A stretch of DNA of 60,657 nt, taken from positions 1 to 60,657 of the forward strand of contig JAZNUV010000032.1 in NCBI GenBank assembly GCA_045592445.1, written 5' to 3'. Of this stretch, positions 37,626-45,413 are shown piece by piece. The notes under the pieces were generated by a model. That model was not told the origin of the DNA, searched no databases, and worked only from the letters and a program-made list of their open reading frames with translations. Each line of letters begins with the position of its first letter. Position 1 is the first letter of the stretch. The DNA comes from Clostridia bacterium. Lineage in GTDB: Bacteria; Bacillota; Clostridia; UMGS1883; UMGS1540. Made by a program: the position numbers and the translations under genes.

Positions 37626-38392
37626 AAAAAATGGCAGCAGTACTCACGTGTTGCTCAATCCTGCTTGCGGGATGTGCACATAAGATGCCCGAGAGTGAGA
37701 CGGCATCTGCAGTCGTAGGCTGGGGATTTCGTCCGATGGCGGGTGCGCGTCCCGAATTTACAAAGGAACAGATGGCAGATATGGAAACCTATGACTGTAT
37801 CTACATGGGAAAGGACGACAAAAGTTTATATCTTACATTTGATGAAGGCTATGAAAACGGATACACTGCTTCAATTTTAGATACATTAAAAGAAAAAAAT
37901 GTGCCTGCAGCGTTTTTTATTACGGCACCCTATTTGGAAAAAGAAACTGAACTTGTGCGCCGAATGGTTGAGGAAGGGCATATAGTCGGGAATCATACGG
38001 CACGTCATCCGTCTCTGCCGTCGGTGGAGACAGATGGTGCGGTACGCGCAGAGCTTACAGACCTTGCAGATTCTTTTTCGGAAAAGTTTGGACAGAAGAT
38101 GGAGTATTTTCGTCCACCGAAGGGGGAATATAACGAACGCACATTGAAAATTGTAAAGGACATGGGGTATACCAATGTGTTTTGGAGTTTTGCCTATCAG
38201 GACTGGGATACGAAGGCACAAAAAGGCGCGGCGTATGCCCATGAAAAGGTCATGGCAGGGTTGCATGGAGGTGCGGTGCTTCTTTTGCATGCGGTATCTG
38301 CCGATAATGCGGCGGCACTTGGGCAAATTATAGATGATGCACGGCAAAGAGGATATACATTCCGTTCTTTGAATGAATATGAGAGCATGTAA
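37622..38392 (+). CDS. pdaA: Polysaccharide deacetylase lipoprotein (PdaA-like delta-lactam de-N-acetylase)
   Basis: Lipobox LLAGC. NodB motifs TFDEGY and GHIVGNHTARH. The start is TTG 37622 (overlapping the glgD stop) or ATG 37631. Confidence 0.75.
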   Translation: MKKMAAVLTCCSILLAGCAHKMPESETASAVVGWGFRPMAGARPEFTKEQMADMETYDCIYMGKDDKSLYLTFDEGYENGYTASILDTLKEKNVPAAFFITAPYLEKETELVRRMVEEGHIVGNHTARHPSLPSVETDGAVRAELTDLADSFSEKFGQKMEYFRPPKGEYNERTLKIVKDMGYTNVFWSFAYQDWDTKAQKGAAYAHEKVMAGLHGGAVLLLHAVSADNAAALGQIIDDARQRGYTFRSLNEYESM

Positions 38393-38429
38393 ACGCTAAA
38401 GCGTCGTATGAAAGATGTTCTTAAAAGTT

Positions 38430-38460
38430 ACAGGGGGCGATGCAGAGCATCACCCCCTGT
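38430..38460. terminator. GC-rich hairpin shared by convergent pdaA and the XRE gene
   Basis: ACAGGGGGCGATGC-AGA-GCATCACCCCCTGT (one mismatch). U-tracts are weak on both strands. Confidence 0.5.
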
Positions 38461-38474
38461 AAAATCAGTTTGGA

Positions 38475-38717
38475 TTATTGGTCGTCTCTAAAATCAAACA
38501 AATGATTCATCGGAATATCCAGTGCAGCGCTTATATCGAAGAGAACATCCAAAGAAACGGCACAATCTGCATTTTCAATCCGATTCATGTGTGTACGACT
38601 GATGTCAATGCTTTCGGCAAACTGCATTTGCGAGAAACCCTTGCGTTTTCTGTAATATGCAATATTCAGCCCTAAAAGCTTATACTTGGATTTATGGCGT
38701 GAATCCATTTCAATCAC
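38475..38717 (-). CDS. XRE-family helix-turn-helix transcriptional regulator (80 aa)
   Basis: LGLNIAYYRKRKGFSQMQFAESIDISRTHMNRIE is a Cro/C1-type HTH. Confidence 0.85.
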   Translation of the reverse strand: MIEMDSRHKSKYKLLGLNIAYYRKRKGFSQMQFAESIDISRTHMNRIENADCAVSLDVLFDISAALDIPMNHLFDFRDDQ

Positions 38718-38780
38718 CTCAACTAGAGTTTACGCTTTTTTTGAACCTGCTTCAACAACACTATGGATAAATTTTATAAC

Positions 38781-38809
38781 TTGACACGTTGCAAAAGTTT
38801 TGTTATACT
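38781..38809 (+). promoter_or_regulatory. Sigma-A promoter for the LytTR regulator gene
   Basis: TTGACA (38781-38786), 17-nt spacer, TATACT (38804-38809). Confidence 0.55.
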
Positions 38810-38852
38810 TACATAAAGCTTCTTATAAAACCCGAAAGGGGGGACAATAAAA

Positions 38853-39557
38853 ATGTATATTTATTTTTTAGATACAGATAAGGAAAGTGTGGATACTATA
38901 CATATGCTTTTACCACGGCTGGGGGAAATGGGCTGTACAGTTTCAATCAATCCGCCAAATGCCGAGCTTTTACAAGCAATTTCAGGCAAGGACCCTGTGC
39001 TTGTACTTATGGATACACGCTATCAGGGAAAGGGCATAACCTTGGCACGCACCATCAGGAAAGCTGCACCGGGATGCCACATTGCCTTTATGTCCGCATA
39101 TCCTGAGGACATGCCTTTTTGCATGCAGCACCTATTATGCCCGTCGGCATTTATCCTAAAACCTGCAGATAAGGATGAGTTGACCTTTCTGATTACGGCG
39201 ATATTGCAAAAACAAAGAGGCGGACGCACGGAAAAAATCTGCCTCAATACCCAGCTTTATAAACGAATTGTCAATATAGGGGACATTCTCTATTTCTCAA
39301 CGCGCAATAAAAAGCTTCTTTGTCGTACGGTAGAAGGGGAAACAATCTTCTTTTATGGAACAATTAAAGCTTTGGCAGAGCAGTACGGCGGAGATTTTAT
39401 TCGTTGTCATAGCGGTTTTTTGGCAAATCGCGGGTACATATTGGGTGTTCAAAAGGGGATGCTGCAACTTAGAAACTGTAAGGAAAGTTTGCCCATTTCT
39501 AAAAAATATAAACCGGATGTGACGGATTTTCTGAAATATTCATCTAAAAGCAGCTGA
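38853..39557 (+). CDS. LytTR-family response regulator (receiver + LytTR DNA-binding domain), no cognate kinase nearby
   Basis: Receiver-like N terminus with an acidic pocket (FLDTD), a putative phospho-acceptor (VLVLMDTRY), a Ser (AFMSAY) and a Lys (ILKP). The C-terminal part is LytTR-like (IGDILYFSTRNKKLLCRT ... FIRCHSGFLAN). Confidence 0.8.
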   Translation: MYIYFLDTDKESVDTIHMLLPRLGEMGCTVSINPPNAELLQAISGKDPVLVLMDTRYQGKGITLARTIRKAAPGCHIAFMSAYPEDMPFCMQHLLCPSAFILKPADKDELTFLITAILQKQRGGRTEKICLNTQLYKRIVNIGDILYFSTRNKKLLCRTVEGETIFFYGTIKALAEQYGGDFIRCHSGFLANRGYILGVQKGMLQLRNCKESLPISKKYKPDVTDFLKYSSKSS

Positions 39558-39652
39558 TTATCCGTTTTTTGGTACATTTATCAGCAAAAACGAAAAGGAA
39601 AGAATGAAAAAATGGTTGTTTGGCGGGGGAAAAGGCTGATTATCACGATTTA

Positions 39653-39681
39653 TTGACTTTGAGGAATGTGAATTTTATAAT
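39653..39681 (+). promoter_or_regulatory. Near-consensus sigma-A promoter for the 557-aa secreted protein gene
   Basis: TTGACT (39653-39658), 17-nt spacer, TATAAT (39676-39681). Confidence 0.55.
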
Positions 39682-39729
39682 TATAAGTGTGTCAACTACA
39701 AAAATTTATGAAAAGGAGATGGTTTGAAA

Positions 39730-41403
39730 ATGAAGTACTTCAAACGCATTGCGGGACTTGCCCTTTCCGCAACCGTAGTTCTCACGAGCATGGCCACACT
39801 GGCCGCAGGTCAGATAACATGGCAGGTAAAAGATTATATTACCTCTCAAGGCGCACCGTATGCCATTGCATACGAGCAGTATTTAGATGGTGTGGCAACA
39901 GGCTATGTTGTTCACGGCGAAGATGCACGCCAGTATGGCCTTAAACCCTACGCCTCCAGTATCACACATCCGGTTTCATGGTATGACGTAAGCTATCCGA
40001 ATTACCAGTATGACGAAATTTGGGCGGATGGCGAATACACAGGTCTTACAAGACCGACAGGTGCACGTCTCCCATACACTGCCTACAAAGATTTCCCGTT
40101 CGCATGGGAAGTTGGCGGCACACACAAAGTGATTGCTGAAACACGTGCAAACTTTGGTGGCACCTACATTGGTGGCCCGACATATCCGAAGGTATATACG
40201 GGTGCCAACGCAGACGTCATTGAAGAAAATCGTTACTTTGGTTTTGACGTTTTCCAGGTCTATGAAAACGGAAAAGCAAGAGACGTTGAGGTTGTGCTTG
40301 ACACCGAGGGCAACGGTGTAAATACATCAAATTCTCTGAAAGCAAATTACATGGACAGAGCAAGCGATTGGAACACGACAAATGGTAACATCACCTCCCT
40401 TGTAAACTCCGGAAACGGTGTTGACAGTGCTTTCTACAATAAACTTGCTTCTGACATGTCCTGGGCATATGCAGGCCAACGCAGCAATAAGGACGCACGC
40501 GGTGAAGAACATGCTGTTCCTGTTTTCGATTATACCAATGCAGCGAGTGATTGCTTTGATAATCTGATGCAGGTCAACCACTACTTCCACCTGTCAGGCC
40601 CTGTTTACAATAACGACGGCACAATTTCTGCAGGGAACGAATACGGGCTTAAAATCAACGCGTTTTCCGATGTTGTAAAGGCAAAATCTCACAAAATAGA
40701 TGAAAACAATGCAGAGCTTGCAAAGTATAATGTAATTGCGAATGCAGGCGATATTGCAACAGGCGATTGGGATTATGAAGTAAACGCAGAAAGACTTAGC
40801 TACTACACAAATAACATCATTACCACCACACCAAAATATGCAACAGCTGACTGGGTATATGCCGGTTATGAAATTGCAGAGCCGTATCGTATGTATGAAT
40901 ACCTTTCTGTAGAAGGTATCATTTTCGACGGTGACATCGACAACGACGGAAACTTAGACACACCGGTTGTATTCCGCCGCCTCCTCAATGCAAACGGCGA
41001 ATTTGCGACAGCAAATCCGAAGGTAGAATGGAAGTATGCATGGGTAGAAGCAAGCTATCCGCACGAAATCTACATGCAAAAATATGTGGAAACATTAGAC
41101 GGCAGCATGATTGCAACTCATGACTTCCGTGGTGCAGGCAAATATGCAAAAGTCAACTACGCTACAGCCATTCACCCGACTGTGGGCGTTGAAAGCGGCG
41201 AAAAGAACTATCAGGCACGCCTTGAATGGAGAGGGAATGACGGTCAACTTTATATGACACCGTACTGCAACATTAACGAATATGCAGGCAAATATATTGA
41301 ACTTTCCGTATCGCCCGATGCATCTTACATCGGCGCATACAATTACGTCGTACCCGGCGCACCGGTTGTTGTAGATCCGGCATCCGTACAGAGCGTAAAT
41401 TAA
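39730..41403 (+). CDS. Secreted Tyr/Trp/Asn/Gly-rich protein with internal aromatic repeats, function unknown
   Basis: Signal peptide MKYFKRIAGLALSATVVLTSMATLAA. I recognise no catalytic or anchoring motif. There is one Ca-binding-like loop, DGDIDNDGNLD. RBS AAAGGAG lies 8 nt before ATG 39730. Confidence 0.8.
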   Translation: MKYFKRIAGLALSATVVLTSMATLAAGQITWQVKDYITSQGAPYAIAYEQYLDGVATGYVVHGEDARQYGLKPYASSITHPVSWYDVSYPNYQYDEIWADGEYTGLTRPTGARLPYTAYKDFPFAWEVGGTHKVIAETRANFGGTYIGGPTYPKVYTGANADVIEENRYFGFDVFQVYENGKARDVEVVLDTEGNGVNTSNSLKANYMDRASDWNTTNGNITSLVNSGNGVDSAFYNKLASDMSWAYAGQRSNKDARGEEHAVPVFDYTNAASDCFDNLMQVNHYFHLSGPVYNNDGTISAGNEYGLKINAFSDVVKAKSHKIDENNAELAKYNVIANAGDIATGDWDYEVNAERLSYYTNNIITTTPKYATADWVYAGYEIAEPYRMYEYLSVEGIIFDGDIDNDGNLDTPVVFRRLLNANGEFATANPKVEWKYAWVEASYPHEIYMQKYVETLDGSMIATHDFRGAGKYAKVNYATAIHPTVGVESGEKNYQARLEWRGNDGQLYMTPYCNINEYAGKYIELSVSPDASYIGAYNYVVPGAPVVVDPASVQSVN

Positions 41404-41455
41404 CAAAAAGAATAGAGTCCTACTGTGAAAGCGTATACAAAATGCGACTCTATTT

Positions 41456-41491
41456 ATAAAAAATCGGAGGCAATTGCCTCCGATTTTTTTA
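41456..41491. terminator. Bidirectional rho-independent terminator between convergent genes
   Basis: AAAAAA-TCGGAGGCAATTGCCTCCGA-TTTTTTT. Confidence 0.85.
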
Positions 41492-41496
41492 TATTA

Positions 41497-42198
41497 CTAT
41501 TTACCGAGTAATTTTATATCATAAAGTGCAGTTGTAGAACCTATAATTTGAATCTTTAAGTTTACTACACCTTTGAGATTTACTGCGACATCAATCGGTT
41601 TATCCGTCTGTTTCAGTTCATAGGTTTTACCAAGCTTTGTTTCGCTGCCGTCATCGGCTACGCTGTAAAAGTTAAGCTCGGCGGTATTACTTGCACCAAT
41701 TGTTGTGTAGGGCATAACGGCTTGAGCAACAAGCTTTGTATACTGATTATCCAAAATATAAATACCGTAATCGTTGGAGTCTATGATAGAATTTGTGGGG
41801 CGTTGTTCTTTATCCTTCAGCATAAAAGTGTTGTCAACTCTGCAACGATTCAGGTTACCTTTATTATAGGCTTCTGGTGGCAGTTTGTCAAAAGAAATGG
41901 TTTCTGTTGTAGGAACTTCGCCGATATATACAGACATTTTGTCCTGATCCCATGCAATGCTTTTGTCTGCAAGACGACCAACATCGCGCACCGGGATATA
42001 TGTAGTACCCTTGTAAATCATCGGCTCTACTTTTTCACCTTTTACGTTAACCATGGTTTCCTCAACGCCGTCCCAAAAAACTTTAATGCCACCAATGTGG
42101 ACATCAATGCTTTCCGCCAATACGCCAACCGCACTCGTAATTACAGTGGCAAGCAATACACCGGCGAAAAAGCCCTTCCATTTTTCTTTGTTAAACAT
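41497..42198 (-). CDS. Membrane-anchored protein with a copper-amine-oxidase-N-like domain and a C-terminal NPCBM-like beta-sandwich
   Basis: N-terminal TM helix. VKGEKVEPMIYKGTTYIPVRDVGRLADKSIAWDQDKMSVYIG resembles the Cu_amine_oxidN1 fold. The C terminus (AELNFYSVADDGSETKLG ... INLKIQIIG-type) resembles NPCBM-type modules. Confidence 0.55.
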   Translation of the reverse strand: MFNKEKWKGFFAGVLLATVITSAVGVLAESIDVHIGGIKVFWDGVEETMVNVKGEKVEPMIYKGTTYIPVRDVGRLADKSIAWDQDKMSVYIGEVPTTETISFDKLPPEAYNKGNLNRCRVDNTFMLKDKEQRPTNSIIDSNDYGIYILDNQYTKLVAQAVMPYTTIGASNTAELNFYSVADDGSETKLGKTYELKQTDKPIDVAVNLKGVVNLKIQIIGSTTALYDIKLLGK

Positions 42199-42281
42199 TT
42201 CGTTTAACCTCCTTCTTTTTAATATTCGGGATAATTATAGCTCTTTCTCCAAAAAAAGTCAAGACTCAAACTTTTTTTCTT

Positions 42282-43313
42282 TTAAAAACAGCGTCCTTTA
42301 CGCTCTTTCATGCAAGCCTGCATATGCTGACAGTGATAGCAGATTTCGTTTTCAAGTGCTTTCCCGTCAAAGAAATCCGCAATATTTTTTAGCGTGGTTT
42401 TGGCAATGCCTTCGAGTGCTTCTTGCGTTAAACACGCCTGATGCGAGGTGACGATGACATTTGGCATTGTTAAAAGCCGTGCCAGCGTATCGTCATGCAG
42501 AATATGATTTGATTTATCCGCAAAAAAGAGGTCGCTTTCTTCCTCATAAACGTCAAGACATGCCGCACCAATTTTACGGGATTTTATACCTTCTAAAAGT
42601 GCGTCGGAATCGACGAGCGCCCCGCGCGAGGTATTGATGAGAATAACGCCGTTTTTCATGGTATCAATGGCTTTTTTGTCTACCATGTGATAATTTTCCT
42701 CCACCAGGGGACAATGGAGAGAAATAATGTCGCTTTCCGAAAAGAGTGTATCGAGAGAAACAAACGTAACGTCCTGCATATCGCGGGGGACGGTGTCATA
42801 CGCTAAAACACGCATGCCAAAGCCGCGGCATATATCCGCGAAAACACTGCCAATGCGCCCCATACCGACAATGCCGACCGTTTTTTCGTATAAATCCATG
42901 CCTGTAAAATCATTGAGACTGAAGTTGTATTCGCGCGTGCGGTTATATGCCTTATGAATCCGACGCACCGACGTCAAAAGAAGTGCAGCGGCATGCTCTG
43001 CTACGGCATGCGGCGAATAGGCGGGTACGCGAAGGATATGCACTTTGCCGAAAGCGGCGTGTATATCCACATTGTTAAAGCCTGCACAGCGTAGTGCAAC
43101 GAGCGTAATACCGTAGGATAAAAGCGCATCCAACACAGCCTTGTCAAGTGTATCGTTCACAAATGCTATGACGCAGTCAAATCCTTTTGCAAGCCGTACC
43201 GTATCGCTCGTGAGCTTTGTTTCAAAATAGGTTATGGCAATCGAAGGCGAGGAAAGTGCATCAAAGGCTTCTTTGTCATAAGGTTTTGTATCAAACATAG
43301 CGGCACGTATCAT
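42282..43313 (-). CDS. ldhA: D-lactate dehydrogenase (D-isomer 2-hydroxyacid dehydrogenase) with Cys-rich C-terminal tail
   Basis: NAD motif VGIVGMGRIGS and the catalytic R/E/H context (TSRGALVD ... VTSHQA). About 20 extra residues, ICYHCQHMQACMKERKGRCF. Confidence 0.85.
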   Translation of the reverse strand: MIRAAMFDTKPYDKEAFDALSSPSIAITYFETKLTSDTVRLAKGFDCVIAFVNDTLDKAVLDALLSYGITLVALRCAGFNNVDIHAAFGKVHILRVPAYSPHAVAEHAAALLLTSVRRIHKAYNRTREYNFSLNDFTGMDLYEKTVGIVGMGRIGSVFADICRGFGMRVLAYDTVPRDMQDVTFVSLDTLFSESDIISLHCPLVEENYHMVDKKAIDTMKNGVILINTSRGALVDSDALLEGIKSRKIGAACLDVYEEESDLFFADKSNHILHDDTLARLLTMPNVIVTSHQACLTQEALEGIAKTTLKNIADFFDGKALENEICYHCQHMQACMKERKGRCF

Positions 43314-43394
43314 AAAATACCTCCTTTTTTCTTATAGACTTTCCCATTTTTTTAAAAGTATAACGAAAGATAAAAAAATAAAAATAAAAAAGTA

Positions 43395-43423
43395 TTGACA
43401 AGAAGAAAAAGAGGTGGTATACT
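43395..43423 (+). promoter_or_regulatory. Sigma-A promoter of the ctsR operon
   Basis: TTGACA (43395-43400), 17-nt spacer, TATACT (43418-43423). Confidence 0.7.
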
Positions 43424-43425
43424 AT

Positions 43426-43449
43426 GGTTAAAGATAGTCAAAGTCAAAA
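43426..43449 (+). promoter_or_regulatory. CtsR operator (heptad direct repeats)
   Basis: GGTTAAA-GAT-AGTCAAA-GTCAAAA lies immediately downstream of the -10. It matches the (A/G)GTCAAA-NAN-(A/G)GTCAAA CtsR box with one mismatch, plus a third abutting heptad. Confidence 0.75.
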
Positions 43450-43465
43450 GAAAAGAGGAAGAAAA

Positions 43466-43912
43466 ATGGGTACCAGCGATATTATAGAACAGTTTCTTCG
43501 TGAAATCATTGAAAGTGACGGGGCGGTGGAAATTCAGCGAAAAACCATTGCAGAACGCTTTGGATGTGTGCCGTCGCAGATCAATTATGTGATTCGCACT
43601 CGCTTTACCAATGAACGCGGCTTTTCGGTAGAAAGTAAACGCGGGGGCGGCGGGTATTTGCGGATACGCAAGGTCGGCATTGAAGGAAACAATGTGGTCA
43701 TGCATATTATAAACAGTATTGGCGATAGCATCAGTTTTGAAACTGCATCGGTCTTTGTTCGCAATATGATAGATAATAACTATCTCACTGCACGGGAGGG
43801 GCGGCTTATCCTTTCCGCCATTACGGACAATGTGCTCACGCTGACGCGCCCCATGCGGGACAGCTTGCGTGCATCAATCCTAAAAAACATGCTTGTCGGC
43901 TTGGCAATATAA
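43466..43912 (+). CDS. ctsR: Class III stress-gene repressor CtsR
   Basis: SDIIEQFLREII ... IAERFGCVPSQINYVIRTRFT ... GFSVESKRGGGGYLRI. Confidence 0.93.
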   Translation: MGTSDIIEQFLREIIESDGAVEIQRKTIAERFGCVPSQINYVIRTRFTNERGFSVESKRGGGGYLRIRKVGIEGNNVVMHIINSIGDSISFETASVFVRNMIDNNYLTAREGRLILSAITDNVLTLTRPMRDSLRASILKNMLVGLAI

Positions 43913-43925
43913 GGAGGCATTTATT

Positions 43926-44402
43926 ATGTTGTGTGAAAAATGTGGTATGAATCTTGCAAATTTGCATCTTACGCAAAATATTAACGGAAAAAAGACGGAG
44001 CTGCACGTTTGCACAAACTGTGCGGCACAAATGGGATATCTCGGGACGAAAGATATTTTCAGTACGGATTTTTTCAATCTGTTAACACCAAACATAGGCG
44101 GGCATGCGCGATGCCCCGGATGCGGGGAAACGTATGAGGAGTACCGCGCAACAAAGCGCATCGGTTGCGAGCAGTGCTACACACATTTTGCGAGATTTTT
44201 GGAGCCTGTCTTTACAAAGGTACACGGGAGCGCATTGCACGCAGGGAAACTGCCGCGCCGCGCAGACAGTAAGGTACGGCAAAAACGAGAGATAGAGCGT
44301 GTGCGCCGTCAACTGAAGGAAGCCATTTTAAATGAAGAATTTGAAAAGGCGGCGTCTTTGCGGGATGCCTTGCGCGAAATGGAAGGAGGGGATGCGAAAT
44401 GA
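43926..44402 (+). CDS. mcsA: McsA (zinc-finger / UVR-domain activator of McsB)
   Basis: CxxC pairs (CEKCG, CTNCA, CPGCG, CEQCY) and a C-terminal UVR motif (LKEAILNEEFEKAASLRD). Confidence 0.9.
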   Translation: MLCEKCGMNLANLHLTQNINGKKTELHVCTNCAAQMGYLGTKDIFSTDFFNLLTPNIGGHARCPGCGETYEEYRATKRIGCEQCYTHFARFLEPVFTKVHGSALHAGKLPRRADSKVRQKREIERVRRQLKEAILNEEFEKAASLRDALREMEGGDAK

Positions 44403-45412
44403 CATGGTATCGGGAAGATGGCAAGAAAAATGACATGGTCATCAGTACGCGTGTACGCCTTGCACGCAATATCAGCGGCTATCCTTTTTTGACAAAGCTC
44501 GGGAAAGAAGACGGCGAGAAAATTATTGACCTTGTATGGGATGCACTCACGCCGATTGCCAAAGATTTTACACTATATAAAATTCAAAAGCTTTCCCCCG
44601 TACGTCAGCAGGCACTTATTGAAAAGCATCTTATAAGCCCTGACCTTACAAACGGCGCATTACCGCGCGCTGCGATTATCAATAAGGATGAAACGGTGTC
44701 CATTATGGTCAATGAGGAGGACCACATTCGGATTCAATGTCTCGCGGCAGGACTTGCGCCTGACGAGGCATGGGAAACTGCAAACCGAATTGACGACTTA
44801 CTTGGCGAACGTCTAGATTTTGCATTCCATGAGAAGTTTGGTTATTTAACAAGTTGCCCAACCAATACGGGTACAGGGCTTCGTATATCTGCAATGGTAC
44901 ATCTGCCTGCAATTTCTGTGTCGGGCGGAATTTCGGGCCTTTTATCGCAGGCGGCAAAATCAGGCATGACGGTACGCGGCCTTTTCGGAGAAGGAAGCGA
45001 CGCACAAGGGAATTTTTATCAGATTTCCAATCAGACGACGCTTGGCTTTTCCGAGGAGGATTTAATTGAACGTTTTCGCAAGGTGCTTGCATCGGTTATG
45101 GAAGTGGAAAACTCTTTGCGGCACAAAATCGCGGATGAGATACCGCCGAAGCTTATCGACCGCATACTGCGCGCGTGGGGAACCATGCAAAATGCGTACA
45201 TGCTGACAGGGCGTGAGCTTATCAATTGCATAAGTGATGTTCGTTTTGGAATAAATTTGGGTATAATAGAAAAGGTACCCTTTAACTTATTGACACGGCT
45301 TATGGTGATTACTATGCCTGCTAACATTTCAGGCACAGCATCCCTGTCGGCAGAACAGCGCGATATAAAACGCGCCGAAATTGTGAAAAAAACCTTAAAG
45401 GAGATGAAATAG
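44399..45412 (+). CDS. mcsB: Protein arginine kinase McsB
   Basis: Phosphagen-kinase-like core (NEEDHIRIQ ... CPTNTGTGLRIS). ATGA overlap with mcsA. Confidence 0.93.
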   Translation: MTWYREDGKKNDMVISTRVRLARNISGYPFLTKLGKEDGEKIIDLVWDALTPIAKDFTLYKIQKLSPVRQQALIEKHLISPDLTNGALPRAAIINKDETVSIMVNEEDHIRIQCLAAGLAPDEAWETANRIDDLLGERLDFAFHEKFGYLTSCPTNTGTGLRISAMVHLPAISVSGGISGLLSQAAKSGMTVRGLFGEGSDAQGNFYQISNQTTLGFSEEDLIERFRKVLASVMEVENSLRHKIADEIPPKLIDRILRAWGTMQNAYMLTGRELINCISDVRFGINLGIIEKVPFNLLTRLMVITMPANISGTASLSAEQRDIKRAEIVKKTLKEMK

Positions 45413-45413
45413 A

